Origin: Clostridiales bacterium
Lineage (GTDB): Bacteria > Bacillota > Clostridia > Oscillospirales > Ruminococcaceae
Length of the DNA stretch: 64,000 nucleotides
Direction of reading: 5' to 3'
Assembly (NCBI GenBank): GCA_012519635.1
Contig: JAAYPV010000101.1
Span: 28-64,027, forward strand
Position numbers and translations under genes: made by a program. Positions 1-8,727 of this stretch are shown here, one piece after another; position 1 is the stretch's first letter, and each line of letters starts with the position of its first letter. The notes under the pieces are model-generated. The model saw only the letters and a list, made by a program, of their open reading frames with translations, was not told where the DNA came from and searched no databases.

Positions 1-1
1 T

Positions 2-259
2 CCTAAGGAGACTACAACATCAGATATTGACAAGGATAAGATTCTTTACGGTGACGTTAATGTTGACGGTGAAGTAAGAATTACTGATATTATCGAATTC
101 AACAAGTACTTGATTGGTGTTATTAACCTTTCACCTACTGCTAGAGAAAATGCTAACTGCGTATATGATAACAAGCTAGATGTATCTGACAATATGCAAA
201 TAGCTAAGTACTTAGTTGAGCAGATTTCTTACAGTGCTTTAGGTCCACAAAATAAGTAA
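2..259 (+). CDS. 3' end of a window-truncated secreted cellulosomal protein (Thr-rich linker plus C-terminal dockerin)
   Basis: Frame 2 reads PKETTTSDIDKDKILYGDVNVDGEVRITDIIEFNKYLIGVINLSPTARENANCVYDNKLDVSDNMQIAKYLVEQISYSALGPQNK, with stop TAA at 257-259. By hand alignment about 57 of 70 residues are identical to the GH5 dockerin (45372-45581). A hairpin terminator follows. Confidence 0.8.
   Translation, partial: PKETTTSDIDKDKILYGDVNVDGEVRITDIIEFNKYLIGVINLSPTARENANCVYDNKLDVSDNMQIAKYLVEQISYSALGPQNK
47..259 (+). repeat. Dockerin-coding module, dispersed paralogous copy 1 (partner at 45372-45581)
   Basis: The nucleotide sequence tacggtgacgttaatgttgacggtgaagtaagaattactgat... aligns along its whole length with 45372-45581 (tacggtgatgttaatcttgatggagaaataagaattactgat...). 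Confidence 0.7.
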
Positions 260-280
260 GAATAACTAATAACTAAAATA

Positions 281-317
281 AAATGCCTGACTTTTATTAG
301 TTAGGCATTTTTATTTT
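281..317 (+). terminator. Rho-independent terminator after the truncated dockerin gene
   Basis: Stem aaatgcctgact / agttaggcattt (281-292 pairs with 299-310, one G-T wobble), followed by ttattttg. Confidence 0.7.
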
Positions 318-362
318 GAGATGTTTTCGGAATATGTGAAATAATGAATTTAACTTTTAGTC

Positions 363-391
363 TTGACTTTTATATAATTTTATAGTATAAT
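363..391 (+). promoter_or_regulatory. Sigma-A type promoter for tRNA-Thr
   Basis: TTGACT (363-368), 17-nt spacer, TATAAT (386-391), located 15 nt upstream of the tRNA 5' end. Confidence 0.65.
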
Positions 392-405
392 TAATGCGTT
401 ATAAT

Positions 406-481
406 GCTGACGTGGCACAGTAGGTAGCGCAACGCCTTGGTAAGGCGTAGGTCGGCGGTTCAAGTCCGCTCGTCAGCTCCA
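406..481 (+). tRNA. tRNA-Thr (anticodon GGU), encoded CCA end
   Basis: Acceptor stem gctgacg/cgtcagc; anticodon stem acgcc/ggcgt with loop ttGGTaa; T arm ggcgg-ttcaagt-ccgct; terminal tCCA. Length 76 nt. Confidence 0.92.
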
Positions 482-563
482 TAAGACATGCTTCCTAAGT
501 AATGTGTTTACATTGCTCGGGGGGTATTTTTTTATGTACATTGATTTACATAGATCCACAATA

Positions 564-600
564 AGCCCTTGATTAAGTTACTAGCTAATAATCAAGGGCT
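564..600. terminator. Perfect 12-bp inverted repeat between tRNA-Thr and the convergent peroxiredoxin gene; possible bidirectional terminator
   Basis: agcccttgatta (564-575) and taatcaagggct (589-600) are exact reverse complements. U-tracts are weak on both strands. Confidence 0.5.
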
Positions 601-628
601 GTATTAATATAAAATAATTTTGTAAGTA

Positions 629-1273
629 TTACTTCTGGGTATAGCACCAATACCAATCATTGCACTGCAAATTTTCTTTCTGAGGATTATCCTCGCGTTC
701 AATAAGCCCAGAATAGGTTTTAGGAGGTCTGACCATAGTCGGTTGTCCCGGTTGCCAATTTGCAGGTGTGACAACATTGTATTTATCGGTAGTTTGCAAT
801 GCTGTAAGTAGTCTTAGTATTTCTGGAATGCTTCTTCCGTTTGTTAATGGGTAGATAAGGATAGCTCGTATCTTCTGCTCAGGGTCTATAATATATACAT
901 TACGAACTGTTTCCTGAGTGCTGACATCTGGAGCAATCATGCCATATAATTTTGCTATGTCTCCCACTCTGTCAGCGATTAAAGGAAATGGTACGGTAAT
1001 ACCTGTTGCATTATAAATTGAATGTAGCCATGCCAGATGAGATGGGGTACTGTCTATACTCAAACCTAGTAGTTGAGTGTTCCTATTGACAAATTCCTGA
1101 TATAGTTGAGAAAAGGATATAAATTCAGTAGTACAAACTGGAGTAAAATCTCCAGGATGTGAGAAGAACACCACCCATTTTCCCTTGTAATCTGACATTT
1201 TTACAGGGCCCATTGTAGAATTAGCAATAAAATCCGGAGCAGTCATGCCAATACTTAAACATATTGTATTCAA
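629..1273 (-). CDS. Peroxiredoxin (AhpC/TSA family, 1-Cys/Prx6-like)
   Basis: FSHPGDFTPVCTTEF peroxidatic-Cys motif. TTG start at 1273 is preceded by GGTGGTGA. 214 aa. Confidence 0.88.
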   Translation of the reverse strand: MNTICLSIGMTAPDFIANSTMGPVKMSDYKGKWVVFFSHPGDFTPVCTTEFISFSQLYQEFVNRNTQLLGLSIDSTPSHLAWLHSIYNATGITVPFPLIADRVGDIAKLYGMIAPDVSTQETVRNVYIIDPEQKIRAILIYPLTNGRSIPEILRLLTALQTTDKYNVVTPANWQPGQPTMVRPPKTYSGLIEREDNPQKENLQCNDWYWCYTQK

Positions 1274-1368
1274 TTAATCACCACCAATCTTTGATAATAT
1301 ATTATATGTATATAGGTAAAACTTGGCAACAAAATTAATAATATAATTAATAAAAATGTTTATATGGC

Positions 1369-1397
1369 TTGACATAATTATTTAAATGAAATATAAT
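1369..1397 (+). promoter_or_regulatory. Consensus sigma-A promoter upstream of the HD-domain gene
   Basis: TTGACA (1369-1374), 17 nt, TATAAT (1392-1397). This would give a roughly 125-nt AT-rich leader. Confidence 0.55.
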
Positions 1398-1525
1398 AAT
1401 ATTAATGAATTATAAACAATTTATTAATAAATAATAATATTTTTCAATAAATTGGAACTTTTTTTCGTTTTATGTGATGAAAGCAAAAAAGATAAAAATA
1501 TTTGGTTAGTAGAAAGGAAATCAAT

Positions 1526-2023
1526 ATGAATCATGTCACAAAATTGATTAATGAGATGATAAAGTTTTTTTCAGGGGATGTAAAAAGAATAAATCATTTT
1601 TTAAAGGTTCATTCATATGCTAAGTTAATTATGGACCTAGAGAATATTAATAATGGATTATGTAATATAATTGAGGTTGCGGCATTAACACATGATATTG
1701 GTATAAAGATATGTGAAGAAAAATATAATACTTGTTCAGAAAAATATCAGGAAATTATGGGACCATCAGCAGCAAAAAAGATGTTGAAACAGCTTGGATA
1801 CGATGGAGGCCTTATTGAAAGAGTATGCTATCTTGTGGGGCATCATCATACATATACAAATATTGACGGGATTGATTATCAGATATTAATAGAAGCAGAT
1901 TTGCTTGTAAATATTTATGAAAAAATGCTTACAAAAGAGGAGATAATAAAAATAAGGGATACTATTTTTAAAACTAAGACTGGAACAAGGTTGATTAATG
2001 AATTATTCTTAAGAACAAACTAA
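1526..2023 (+). CDS. HD-domain phosphohydrolase
   Basis: HxxxxxxxxxxxxxxHDIG and GHHH metal-ligand motifs (ALTHDIGIK, LVGHHHTY). ATG 1526 with GAAAGGA SD was chosen over the TTG 1502 ORF-track extension. Confidence 0.8.
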   Translation: MNHVTKLINEMIKFFSGDVKRINHFLKVHSYAKLIMDLENINNGLCNIIEVAALTHDIGIKICEEKYNTCSEKYQEIMGPSAAKKMLKQLGYDGGLIERVCYLVGHHHTYTNIDGIDYQILIEADLLVNIYEKMLTKEEIIKIRDTIFKTKTGTRLINELFLRTN

Positions 2024-2132
2024 ACTGTATATTGATTATAATTACAAGGATTTCTGAGTATAATTTTATAATAGGCAAAATAAAACTCAGCTTAAAATGC
2101 TTTAAAACCTTGGAATTTGAGGGGGAGGGCAT

Positions 2133-2447
2133 ATGATATGCAGTTTAATGGATTTACGAAATAAAGAAGTAGTAAATATCAGCAATGGAGAGAAGCTAGG
2201 ATTTGTAGATGATATAGAAATTGATACAGAAACATCAACAGTGATAGCTCTTATAGTTTATGGTAGAGAAAGGTTATGGGGGCTTTTTGGAAGAGATGAT
2301 GATTTAATTATTAGTTGCAAAGAAATTAAGCTGATAGGGAAGGACACAATATTGGTAGCGCATAACAGTGATATTGACGAAATGAGAAAGCCAGATACAA
2401 AATCGACAAAATTTAAGTCGTTTAGCTTCGAAAATTTGTATAAGTAA
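2133..2447 (+). CDS. ylmC: YlmC/YmxH-family PRC-barrel sporulation protein
   Basis: N-terminus MDLRNKEVVNISNGEKLGFVDDIEIDTETSTVIALIVYG is typical of the YlmC/YmxH family. SD GGGGGAGGG. Confidence 0.75.
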   Translation: MICSLMDLRNKEVVNISNGEKLGFVDDIEIDTETSTVIALIVYGRERLWGLFGRDDDLIISCKEIKLIGKDTILVAHNSDIDEMRKPDTKSTKFKSFSFENLYK

Positions 2448-2462
2448 ACAAATAAACTTTAC

Positions 2463-2491
2463 TTGAAAATGGTATAATTATATGTTATAAT
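2463..2491 (+). promoter_or_regulatory. Sigma-A promoter with extended -10 for rpsB-tsf
   Basis: TTGAAA (2463-2468), 17 nt, TGtTATAAT (2483-2491). This gives a roughly 100-nt leader before rpsB. Confidence 0.6.
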
Positions 2492-2598
2492 ATTAAGCAG
2501 TTCGCACGCACATGTTTTTGTAGCCAGGTTCCTTGAAAAAGGTCGGATACAAGTTAAACTGGGCGGAGGAATAAAAACCAAAATTAGGAGGAAAACTC

Positions 2599-3390
2599 AT
2601 GGGAGTAGTATCAATGAAACAGCTTCTTGAGGCTGGTGTTCACTTCGGACATCAAACAAGAAGATGGAATCCAAAAATGGCACCATACATTTTTACAGAA
2701 AGAAATGGCATATACATTATCGATTTGCAGAAAACAGTAAAGAAGCTTGAAGAGGCTTATATGTTTATTCGAGATATTTCTGCACAGGGTGAATCAGTTC
2801 TTTTTGTAGGAACAAAAAAACAGGCTGGTGACTCAATAAAGGAAGAGGCACAAAGAGCAGGTGCTCATTATGTTAATGCTCGTTGGCTTGGAGGAATGAT
2901 GACAAACTTCAAGACAATAAGAAGAAGAATTGACCGTTTGGCTCAGTTAAGAGAAATGGAGTCTGATGGTACATTTGATTTATTGCCTAAAAAAGAAGTA
3001 GTAAAGTTAAAATTAGAAATAGAAAAGCTTGAAAAGTTTTTAGGCGGTATTAAGGAAATGAACAAATTGCCTGGTGCGTTGTTTATTGTTGATCCAAGAA
3101 AAGAAAAGATTGCAGTTGCTGAAGCTAAGAAATTGAATATTCCAATAGTAGCGATTGTAGATACAAACTGTGATCCTGATGAAATCGACTATATCATACC
3201 TGGTAATGATGACGCAATAAGAGCAGTTAAGCTTATTGCTGGTACAATTGCAAATGCAATTATTGAAGGCAGACAGGGTGAAGATCAAGTTGCAGATTCA
3301 GAAGAAGCTGTAGAAGAAGTATCTGCTGAGGAAGTGTCTTTTGAGAAGAACGCTTCTAAAGAGGCATCTACTGAGGAAGCTGCTGAATAG
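2599..3390 (+). CDS. rpsB: 30S ribosomal protein S2
   Basis: [22 protein letters not shown] signature, AGGAGG SD, acidic C-terminal tail. Confidence 0.97.
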   Translation: MGVVSMKQLLEAGVHFGHQTRRWNPKMAPYIFTERNGIYIIDLQKTVKKLEEAYMFIRDISAQGESVLFVGTKKQAGDSIKEEAQRAGAHYVNARWLGGMMTNFKTIRRRIDRLAQLREMESDGTFDLLPKKEVVKLKLEIEKLEKFLGGIKEMNKLPGALFIVDPRKEKIAVAEAKKLNIPIVAIVDTNCDPDEIDYIIPGNDDAIRAVKLIAGTIANAIIEGRQGEDQVADSEEAVEEVSAEEVSFEKNASKEASTEEAAE

Positions 3391-3477
3391 AATAATTTGC
3401 CCGAATATGATAATGATATATTCGGGCATTTCAAATAAGAAACCGATAAGTTTTAAGATGTAATGGAGGAAAATAAT

Positions 3478-4404
3478 ATGGCTAATTATACCGCTAAGGA
3501 AGTAAATGAGCTACGCAAAAGAACTGGTGTCGGCATGATGGATTGCAAGAACGCACTTGTTGAAGCTGATGGAGATATGGAAAAGGCAATTTTGATACTT
3601 AGAGAAAAGGGATTAGCAACACAAGCAAAAAAAGCTGGAAGAATAGCGGCAGAAGGCTTAGTATTGTCTGTGGTTGATAGAAGTAAAAACATTGGCGCTA
3701 TTGTTGAAGTAAACTGCGAAACTGACTTCGTTGCAAAGAACCCAGAATTTAAGAGCTTTGTAGAAAGCGTTGCAGCAACAATTATTAATGAAAACCCAGC
3801 TGATATGGATGCATTACTAAAAGCAAAGCTAGATGGCTCAACTGAAACTGTTGAAGAGGGACTTCAAAGTCTATTCTTAAAGATTCGTGAAAATCTTCAA
3901 ATCAGACGTTTTACACGCTTAGAGGGTATACTTGTTCCTTATGTTCATGGTGATGGTAGAATTGGTGTATTAGTAAAGCTTGAGTCTGATATTGACCCAA
4001 CAAATGAGGAAATGCTTGCTTGTGGTAAAGACTGTGCATTGCAAATTGCTGCACTAAACCCTGCTTATTTAAATAAAGAATCTGTTCCTGATTCAGTTAT
4101 TGAAACTGAAAAATCAATAATGAAGGCTCAAATGTCTGAGGATCCTAAGATGGCTAACAAGCCTGAACAGGTAATTTCTAAAATCGTTGACGGTAAGATT
4201 GGAAAGTACTACTCAGAGAATTGCTTGCTTGAGCAGGAATTTGTTAAGGATGGCGAATTGACAGTTGCTAAGTATATAGAAGGTGTTGCAAAGAAGCTTG
4301 GCGGTACAATTAAGGTTGTTGAATATGTTCGCTATGAAAGAGGCGAAGGAATTGAGAAGAAAGAGGAAAACTTTGCTGAAGAAATTGCAAAGATGATTAA
4401 CTAA
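3478..4404 (+). CDS. tsf: Translation elongation factor Ts
   Basis: UBA-like N-terminus ELRKRTGVGMMDCKNALVEADGDMEKAI and TDFVAKN motif. ATG 3478 sits behind GGAGGA; the ORF track starts 15 nt earlier. Confidence 0.96.
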   Translation: MANYTAKEVNELRKRTGVGMMDCKNALVEADGDMEKAILILREKGLATQAKKAGRIAAEGLVLSVVDRSKNIGAIVEVNCETDFVAKNPEFKSFVESVAATIINENPADMDALLKAKLDGSTETVEEGLQSLFLKIRENLQIRRFTRLEGILVPYVHGDGRIGVLVKLESDIDPTNEEMLACGKDCALQIAALNPAYLNKESVPDSVIETEKSIMKAQMSEDPKMANKPEQVISKIVDGKIGKYYSENCLLEQEFVKDGELTVAKYIEGVAKKLGGTIKVVEYVRYERGEGIEKKEENFAEEIAKMIN

Positions 4405-4425
4405 TAAATTGCACTTAATGTTAAT

Positions 4426-4468
4426 AAAGAGCATGGGCATTCCTGTGCTCTTTATTTTGATTTTTTTT
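4426..4468 (+). terminator. Rho-independent terminator after tsf
   Basis: Stem aaagagca / tgctcttt (4426-4433 pairs with 4446-4453), followed by attttgatttttttt. Confidence 0.75.
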
Positions 4469-4537
4469 GAACAAATGCTTTACATTATTGGTTTTTTAGT
4501 GTAGAATATAAGGAGTAAAAAGTGTGAGGTGTTTGAA

Positions 4538-5251
4538 ATGGTACCAAAGTATAAACGAGTACTTTTAAAGCTGAGTGGTGAAGCATTAGCAGGGGATAAT
4601 AAATTCGGGCTGGATTACACCGTTATAACTGAAATATGTAAGAGTATAAAAAGGGCTGCTGATGAAGGTGTAGAAATAGCCATTGTTGTAGGTGGAGGGA
4701 ATATTTGGCGCGGTCGTTCAAGCGGAGGAATGGATAGAACAAGAGCCGACCATATGGGAATGCTTGCCACAGCAATAAATGCATTAGCAGTAGCGGATGT
4801 ATTAGAATCCATGGATATTGATGTCAGGGTTCAGACTGCAATAACCATGCAGCAGGTAGCAGAGCCTTATATTCGTAATAAAGCTGTCAGACATCTGGAA
4901 AAAGGCAGGATAATTATACTTGCCTGCGGAACAGGAAATTCATTTTTCTCAACAGATACTGCTGCAGCATTAAGAGCTGCGGAAATTGAGGCAGATATTT
5001 TGTTAAAAGCAACTATGGTTGATGGAGTTTATGATAAGGATCCTAAAATATATAGTGATGCTGTTAAATATGATAATTTAACATTTGGGGAAATACTTAA
5101 TAAGGAGTTAATGGTTATTGATGGTACAGCTGCATCAATGTGCCGTGATAACAATATGCCTTTATTGGTTTTTGATTTAAGTAAACCTGAAAATATATAT
5201 GATGCAATAATAGGAAAAAATATAGGTACAATAGTAACGGAGGAAAAGTAA
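4538..5251 (+). CDS. pyrH: UMP kinase
   Basis: [13 protein letters not shown] and [10 protein letters not shown] motifs. ATG 4538 after GTGAGGTG. Confidence 0.95.
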   Translation: MVPKYKRVLLKLSGEALAGDNKFGLDYTVITEICKSIKRAADEGVEIAIVVGGGNIWRGRSSGGMDRTRADHMGMLATAINALAVADVLESMDIDVRVQTAITMQQVAEPYIRNKAVRHLEKGRIIILACGTGNSFFSTDTAAALRAAEIEADILLKATMVDGVYDKDPKIYSDAVKYDNLTFGEILNKELMVIDGTAASMCRDNNMPLLVFDLSKPENIYDAIIGKNIGTIVTEEK

Positions 5252-5252
5252 T

Positions 5253-5807
5253 ATGAAAGAGAAAATTAAACTTGCTGAAGCTAGTATGAGTAAAGCAGTA
5301 GATAAATTAAAACATGAATTTACAACAATAAGGGCTGGAAGAGCTAATCCAGCTGTGCTTGAAAAGGTATCTGTTGATTATTATGGAACACCAACACCAA
5401 TTAACCAGATGGCTGCTATATCTGTTTCAGAGGCTAGAATTCTTGTGATTCAGCCATGGGATGTATCAAGCCTTAAGCCAATTGAAAAGGCTATCTTAGC
5501 GTCCGATATTGGAATTACTCCAACTAATGATGGAAAAGTAATTAGACTTGTTTTCCCACAATTGACTGAGGACAGAAGAAAGGAATTGTGTAAAACTATT
5601 AAAAAATATGGTGAGGATACAAAGGTAGCTATCCGTTCAGTAAGGCGTGATGCTATTGAGAAGTTTAAGACGATGAAGAAGAATTCTGAGATTAGTGAAG
5701 ACGATTTAAAGGTATGCGAGAAGGATATCCAGAACTTAACTGATAAATATTGTGATGCTGTTGATGCTTTAGTTGCTGACAAAGAAAAGGAAGTAATGTC
5801 AATATAG
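5253..5807 (+). CDS. frr: Ribosome recycling factor
   Basis: TIRAGRANPAVLEKVSVDYYGTPTPINQ motif. 184 aa, immediately after pyrH. Confidence 0.96.
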   Translation: MKEKIKLAEASMSKAVDKLKHEFTTIRAGRANPAVLEKVSVDYYGTPTPINQMAAISVSEARILVIQPWDVSSLKPIEKAILASDIGITPTNDGKVIRLVFPQLTEDRRKELCKTIKKYGEDTKVAIRSVRRDAIEKFKTMKKNSEISEDDLKVCEKDIQNLTDKYCDAVDALVADKEKEVMSI

Positions 5808-5846
5808 CCATAGGGGATTAACACCACTTATTTTGGAGGATTAATT

Positions 5847-6581
5847 ATGGCTAATAATAAAGCAGCAGTAAAGGATTTAATATCAATTGAATTACCTGTT
5901 CATATAGGATTTATAATGGACGGCAATGGCAGATGGGCAGGGAAAAGGGGTCTTCCCAGAAAATTTGGACATAGGGAAGGCGCTAAGGCTTTTGAAAGCA
6001 TTGTAAAGTATTGTAAAAACATTGGCATACCTTATATTTCCTTTTACGCCTTTTCCACAGAAAACTGGAAAAGGCCAAAGGATGAGGTAGACGCAATAAT
6101 TGATTTGTTCAGAAAATATATAGATGATGTCAGAAAACATATTGATGAGAATGTAAGAGTCATTTTTTTAGGTGACAAATCAGTCTTTGATGATGAATTA
6201 AGAAGAAAAATGATAAGTCTTGAGAATGATTCTAAAGATTTTACCGCAATGACATTATTGATAGCTGTAAATTACGGTGGCAGAGATGAAATTGTTCGTG
6301 CTACAAGAAATATTGCTATGCAGGTGAAGAATAACCAGCTTGAAGTGTCTTCGATTAATGAAGAGCTTTTCGGGAATTATCTTGATACAAAAGGAATACC
6401 TGATGTGGATTTATTAATTCGCCCAAGTGGTGAATTAAGATTATCAAATTTTCTAATATGGCAATGTGCCTATGCGGAGTTTTACTATACAGATGTTCTA
6501 TGGCCTGATTTTAGCCCAAAAGAACTTGACAAGGCGATTCTTGATTACTCTAAAAGAGTAAGGCGATTCGGAGGTGTTTAA
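5847..6581 (+). CDS. uppS: Isoprenyl transferase (undecaprenyl-diphosphate synthase)
   Basis: HIGFIMDGNGRWA, FSTENWKRP and RPSGELRLSNFLIWQ motifs. Confidence 0.95.
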   Translation: MANNKAAVKDLISIELPVHIGFIMDGNGRWAGKRGLPRKFGHREGAKAFESIVKYCKNIGIPYISFYAFSTENWKRPKDEVDAIIDLFRKYIDDVRKHIDENVRVIFLGDKSVFDDELRRKMISLENDSKDFTAMTLLIAVNYGGRDEIVRATRNIAMQVKNNQLEVSSINEELFGNYLDTKGIPDVDLLIRPSGELRLSNFLIWQCAYAEFYYTDVLWPDFSPKELDKAILDYSKRVRRFGGV

Positions 6582-6584
6582 AAT

Positions 6585-7421
6585 TTGGCAGTAAGAATAA
6601 TTTCATCAGTAGTTGCAATCGCAATTGCAGTATTAGTTTTATTTTTGTCAAATACAATAGTGTTTAATTTGGCAGTATCAGCAATTTCCGTCGGCATATT
6701 GTATGAATTATATTCAGCAGTAAGATGTAGAGATAATAAGATATCCGTCAGTACAGCATTATCGTATGCTGCATTGGTTCCAATTCTATCATTTGCAGGT
6801 TTAGATAAATATCAAGTTTTCTTGACAACTATTTGTGTATTTCTGATATTTTTTGATTATATTATAAATCATAGAAAGATTAAACTGGGGACAGCTTTTT
6901 TTACAGTATCGGCAATGCTCTTGATTACTTATTCAATGAATTGTCTAATAAAATTAAAAGATATGAGTGATGCTCATGGCCTTGCTTATGTAGTTCTTGC
7001 GCTATGTGGTGGCTGGCTTGCTGACACAGGAGCATATTTTGCAGGAACTTTTCTTGGTAAGCATAAGCTTTGTCCTGAAATAAGCCCTAAAAAAACAGTG
7101 GAGGGACTTATCGGTGGAGTGCTTACAAATGGTATATTATTTTCTGTTCTTAGCATAGTTTATGTAAAGGTGCTTACTCAATCGGATACGGTTATAGTGG
7201 TTGAGGGGTATTATTTTATTTCATTTATTTTAGGGGCAATTTGTGCATTGGTAGGAACAGCTGGTGATTTAGTGGCCTCCCTTATAAAACGACAATGCAA
7301 AATAAAGGATTATGGAAATATTATGCCTGGACATGGTGGAATGCTTGACCGCTTTGACAGTGTATTATTTGTTGTGCCATTTTTCTATGCATTTTTAACT
7401 GTTATTGATATTTTAAAGTAA
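6585..7421 (+). CDS. cdsA: Phosphatidate cytidylyltransferase
   Basis: Polytopic membrane protein with SPKKTVEG and GHGGMLDRFDS signature. TTG start. Confidence 0.92.
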   Translation: MAVRIISSVVAIAIAVLVLFLSNTIVFNLAVSAISVGILYELYSAVRCRDNKISVSTALSYAALVPILSFAGLDKYQVFLTTICVFLIFFDYIINHRKIKLGTAFFTVSAMLLITYSMNCLIKLKDMSDAHGLAYVVLALCGGWLADTGAYFAGTFLGKHKLCPEISPKKTVEGLIGGVLTNGILFSVLSIVYVKVLTQSDTVIVVEGYYFISFILGAICALVGTAGDLVASLIKRQCKIKDYGNIMPGHGGMLDRFDSVLFVVPFFYAFLTVIDILK

Positions 7422-7427
7422 TAATTT

Positions 7428-7466
7428 GGGGCTAAATATATTAAATATGTTTTAGCTCCTTTTTTG
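7428..7466 (+). terminator. Hairpin plus T-tract between cdsA and dxr
   Basis: ggggctaaa / tttagctcc stem (one G-U wobble), followed by ttttttgc. Confidence 0.6.
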
Positions 7467-7527
7467 CTAAAATGATGTACAATTCAACAGGAGGTATTCT
7501 TTATATTTAATGAGGATTAGTAATGAT

Positions 7528-8667
7528 ATGAAGCGAGTATCTATTTTAGGTTCAACAGGTTCAATAGGAAAACAGGCATTAGAAGTGATAAGACTGCATA
7601 AATTATCAGTAACAGCTCTTGCAGCGCATAGCAATATTAAGCTTTTGGAGGAACAGGCAAGGGAATTTAAGCCTGGATTTATCTGCATATATAACGAGGA
7701 CTTGTATGGGGAAATAAAGACCAGGCTTGCGGATATGGATGTAAAAGTGTTAGCAGGAATGGATGGCTTGTGTGAGATAGCAAGGCTTAGTGATACTAAT
7801 ATTTTGCTAAATTCCGTTGTTGGTATGGTTGGACTATTGCCAACATTAACAGCGATTGATGCAGGAATTAGTGTTGCACTTGCTAATAAGGAGACGCTTG
7901 TTGCAGGTGGAAAGCTTGTCATGGATCTGGCTAAGAAAAAAAATGTGAAGATACTGCCTGTTGATAGTGAGCATTCAGCGATATTCCAGGCATTACAGGG
8001 AAATGATATTAATCAGATAAATAAAGTCATTTTAACTGCATCAGGTGGACCATTTTTTAATAAGACTAAAGCAGAGCTTCAAAATGTTACATTGGAACAG
8101 GCATTAAATCATCCTAACTGGAGTATGGGGAATAAGGTTACGATAGATTCATCAACGCTTATGAATAAGGGATTAGAGTTTATTGAGGCAAAATGGCTTT
8201 TTAATTTAGATTCCAGTCAGATTGAGGTAGTTGTTCATAGGCAAAGTGTTGTTCATTCAGCAGTTGAATATAAGGATTATTCTGTAATTGCTCAGTTGGG
8301 TGTACCTGATATGAAGATTCCAATACAGTATGCGTTACTTTATCCTCAACGGCTTGAATGTCCGACAAAAAGGTTATCGCTTACAGATTATGGGACACTA
8401 ACCTTTGAGAAGCCTGATTATGAAACATTTAAGTGTCTTAAAGCATGCATAAAAGCAATTGAACTTGGTGGAGCGTACCCTTGTATTGTAAATGCCGCAA
8501 ATGAGGTTGCGGTTGAAAGCTTTATAGCCAAGAAGATAACATTTTTGCAGATTGGAGAAATGGTAACCGCTGCATTAAATCACTTTCCATTCAATGAAAT
8601 TAACTCATATAATGATGTTATTGAATTTGACACAAAGGCAAGGGAGTATGTTAAATCCTTGATTTAA
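7528..8667 (+). CDS. dxr: 1-deoxy-D-xylulose 5-phosphate reductoisomerase
   Basis: MKRVSILGSTGSIG N-terminus, plus DSEHSAIFQ and NKGLEFIEA motifs. The ORF track starts 18 nt earlier. Confidence 0.94.
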   Translation: MKRVSILGSTGSIGKQALEVIRLHKLSVTALAAHSNIKLLEEQAREFKPGFICIYNEDLYGEIKTRLADMDVKVLAGMDGLCEIARLSDTNILLNSVVGMVGLLPTLTAIDAGISVALANKETLVAGGKLVMDLAKKKNVKILPVDSEHSAIFQALQGNDINQINKVILTASGGPFFNKTKAELQNVTLEQALNHPNWSMGNKVTIDSSTLMNKGLEFIEAKWLFNLDSSQIEVVVHRQSVVHSAVEYKDYSVIAQLGVPDMKIPIQYALLYPQRLECPTKRLSLTDYGTLTFEKPDYETFKCLKACIKAIELGGAYPCIVNAANEVAVESFIAKKITFLQIGEMVTAALNHFPFNEINSYNDVIEFDTKAREYVKSLI

Positions 8668-8727
8668 AACTTAACATAATGCAAATAGGAAGGAGTTTCT
8701 TCAAGTCAGACTGAAGAAAAAGCAAGT

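Noticed and set aside
1330-1360. PerR/Fur-like 7-1-7 box (ttaataatataattaat) upstream of the peroxiredoxin gene.
   Set aside because: The best hand alignment to TTATAATNATTATAA matches only about 9 of 14 positions, which is indistinguishable from background in this AT-rich spacer.
7467-7922. 151-aa ORF on the minus strand.
   Set aside because: It is entirely antisense to the dxr 5' region and the cdsA-dxr spacer. It has low-complexity S/L/I-rich composition, no SD and no recognisable motif, so it is a shadow ORF of an AT-rich gene.
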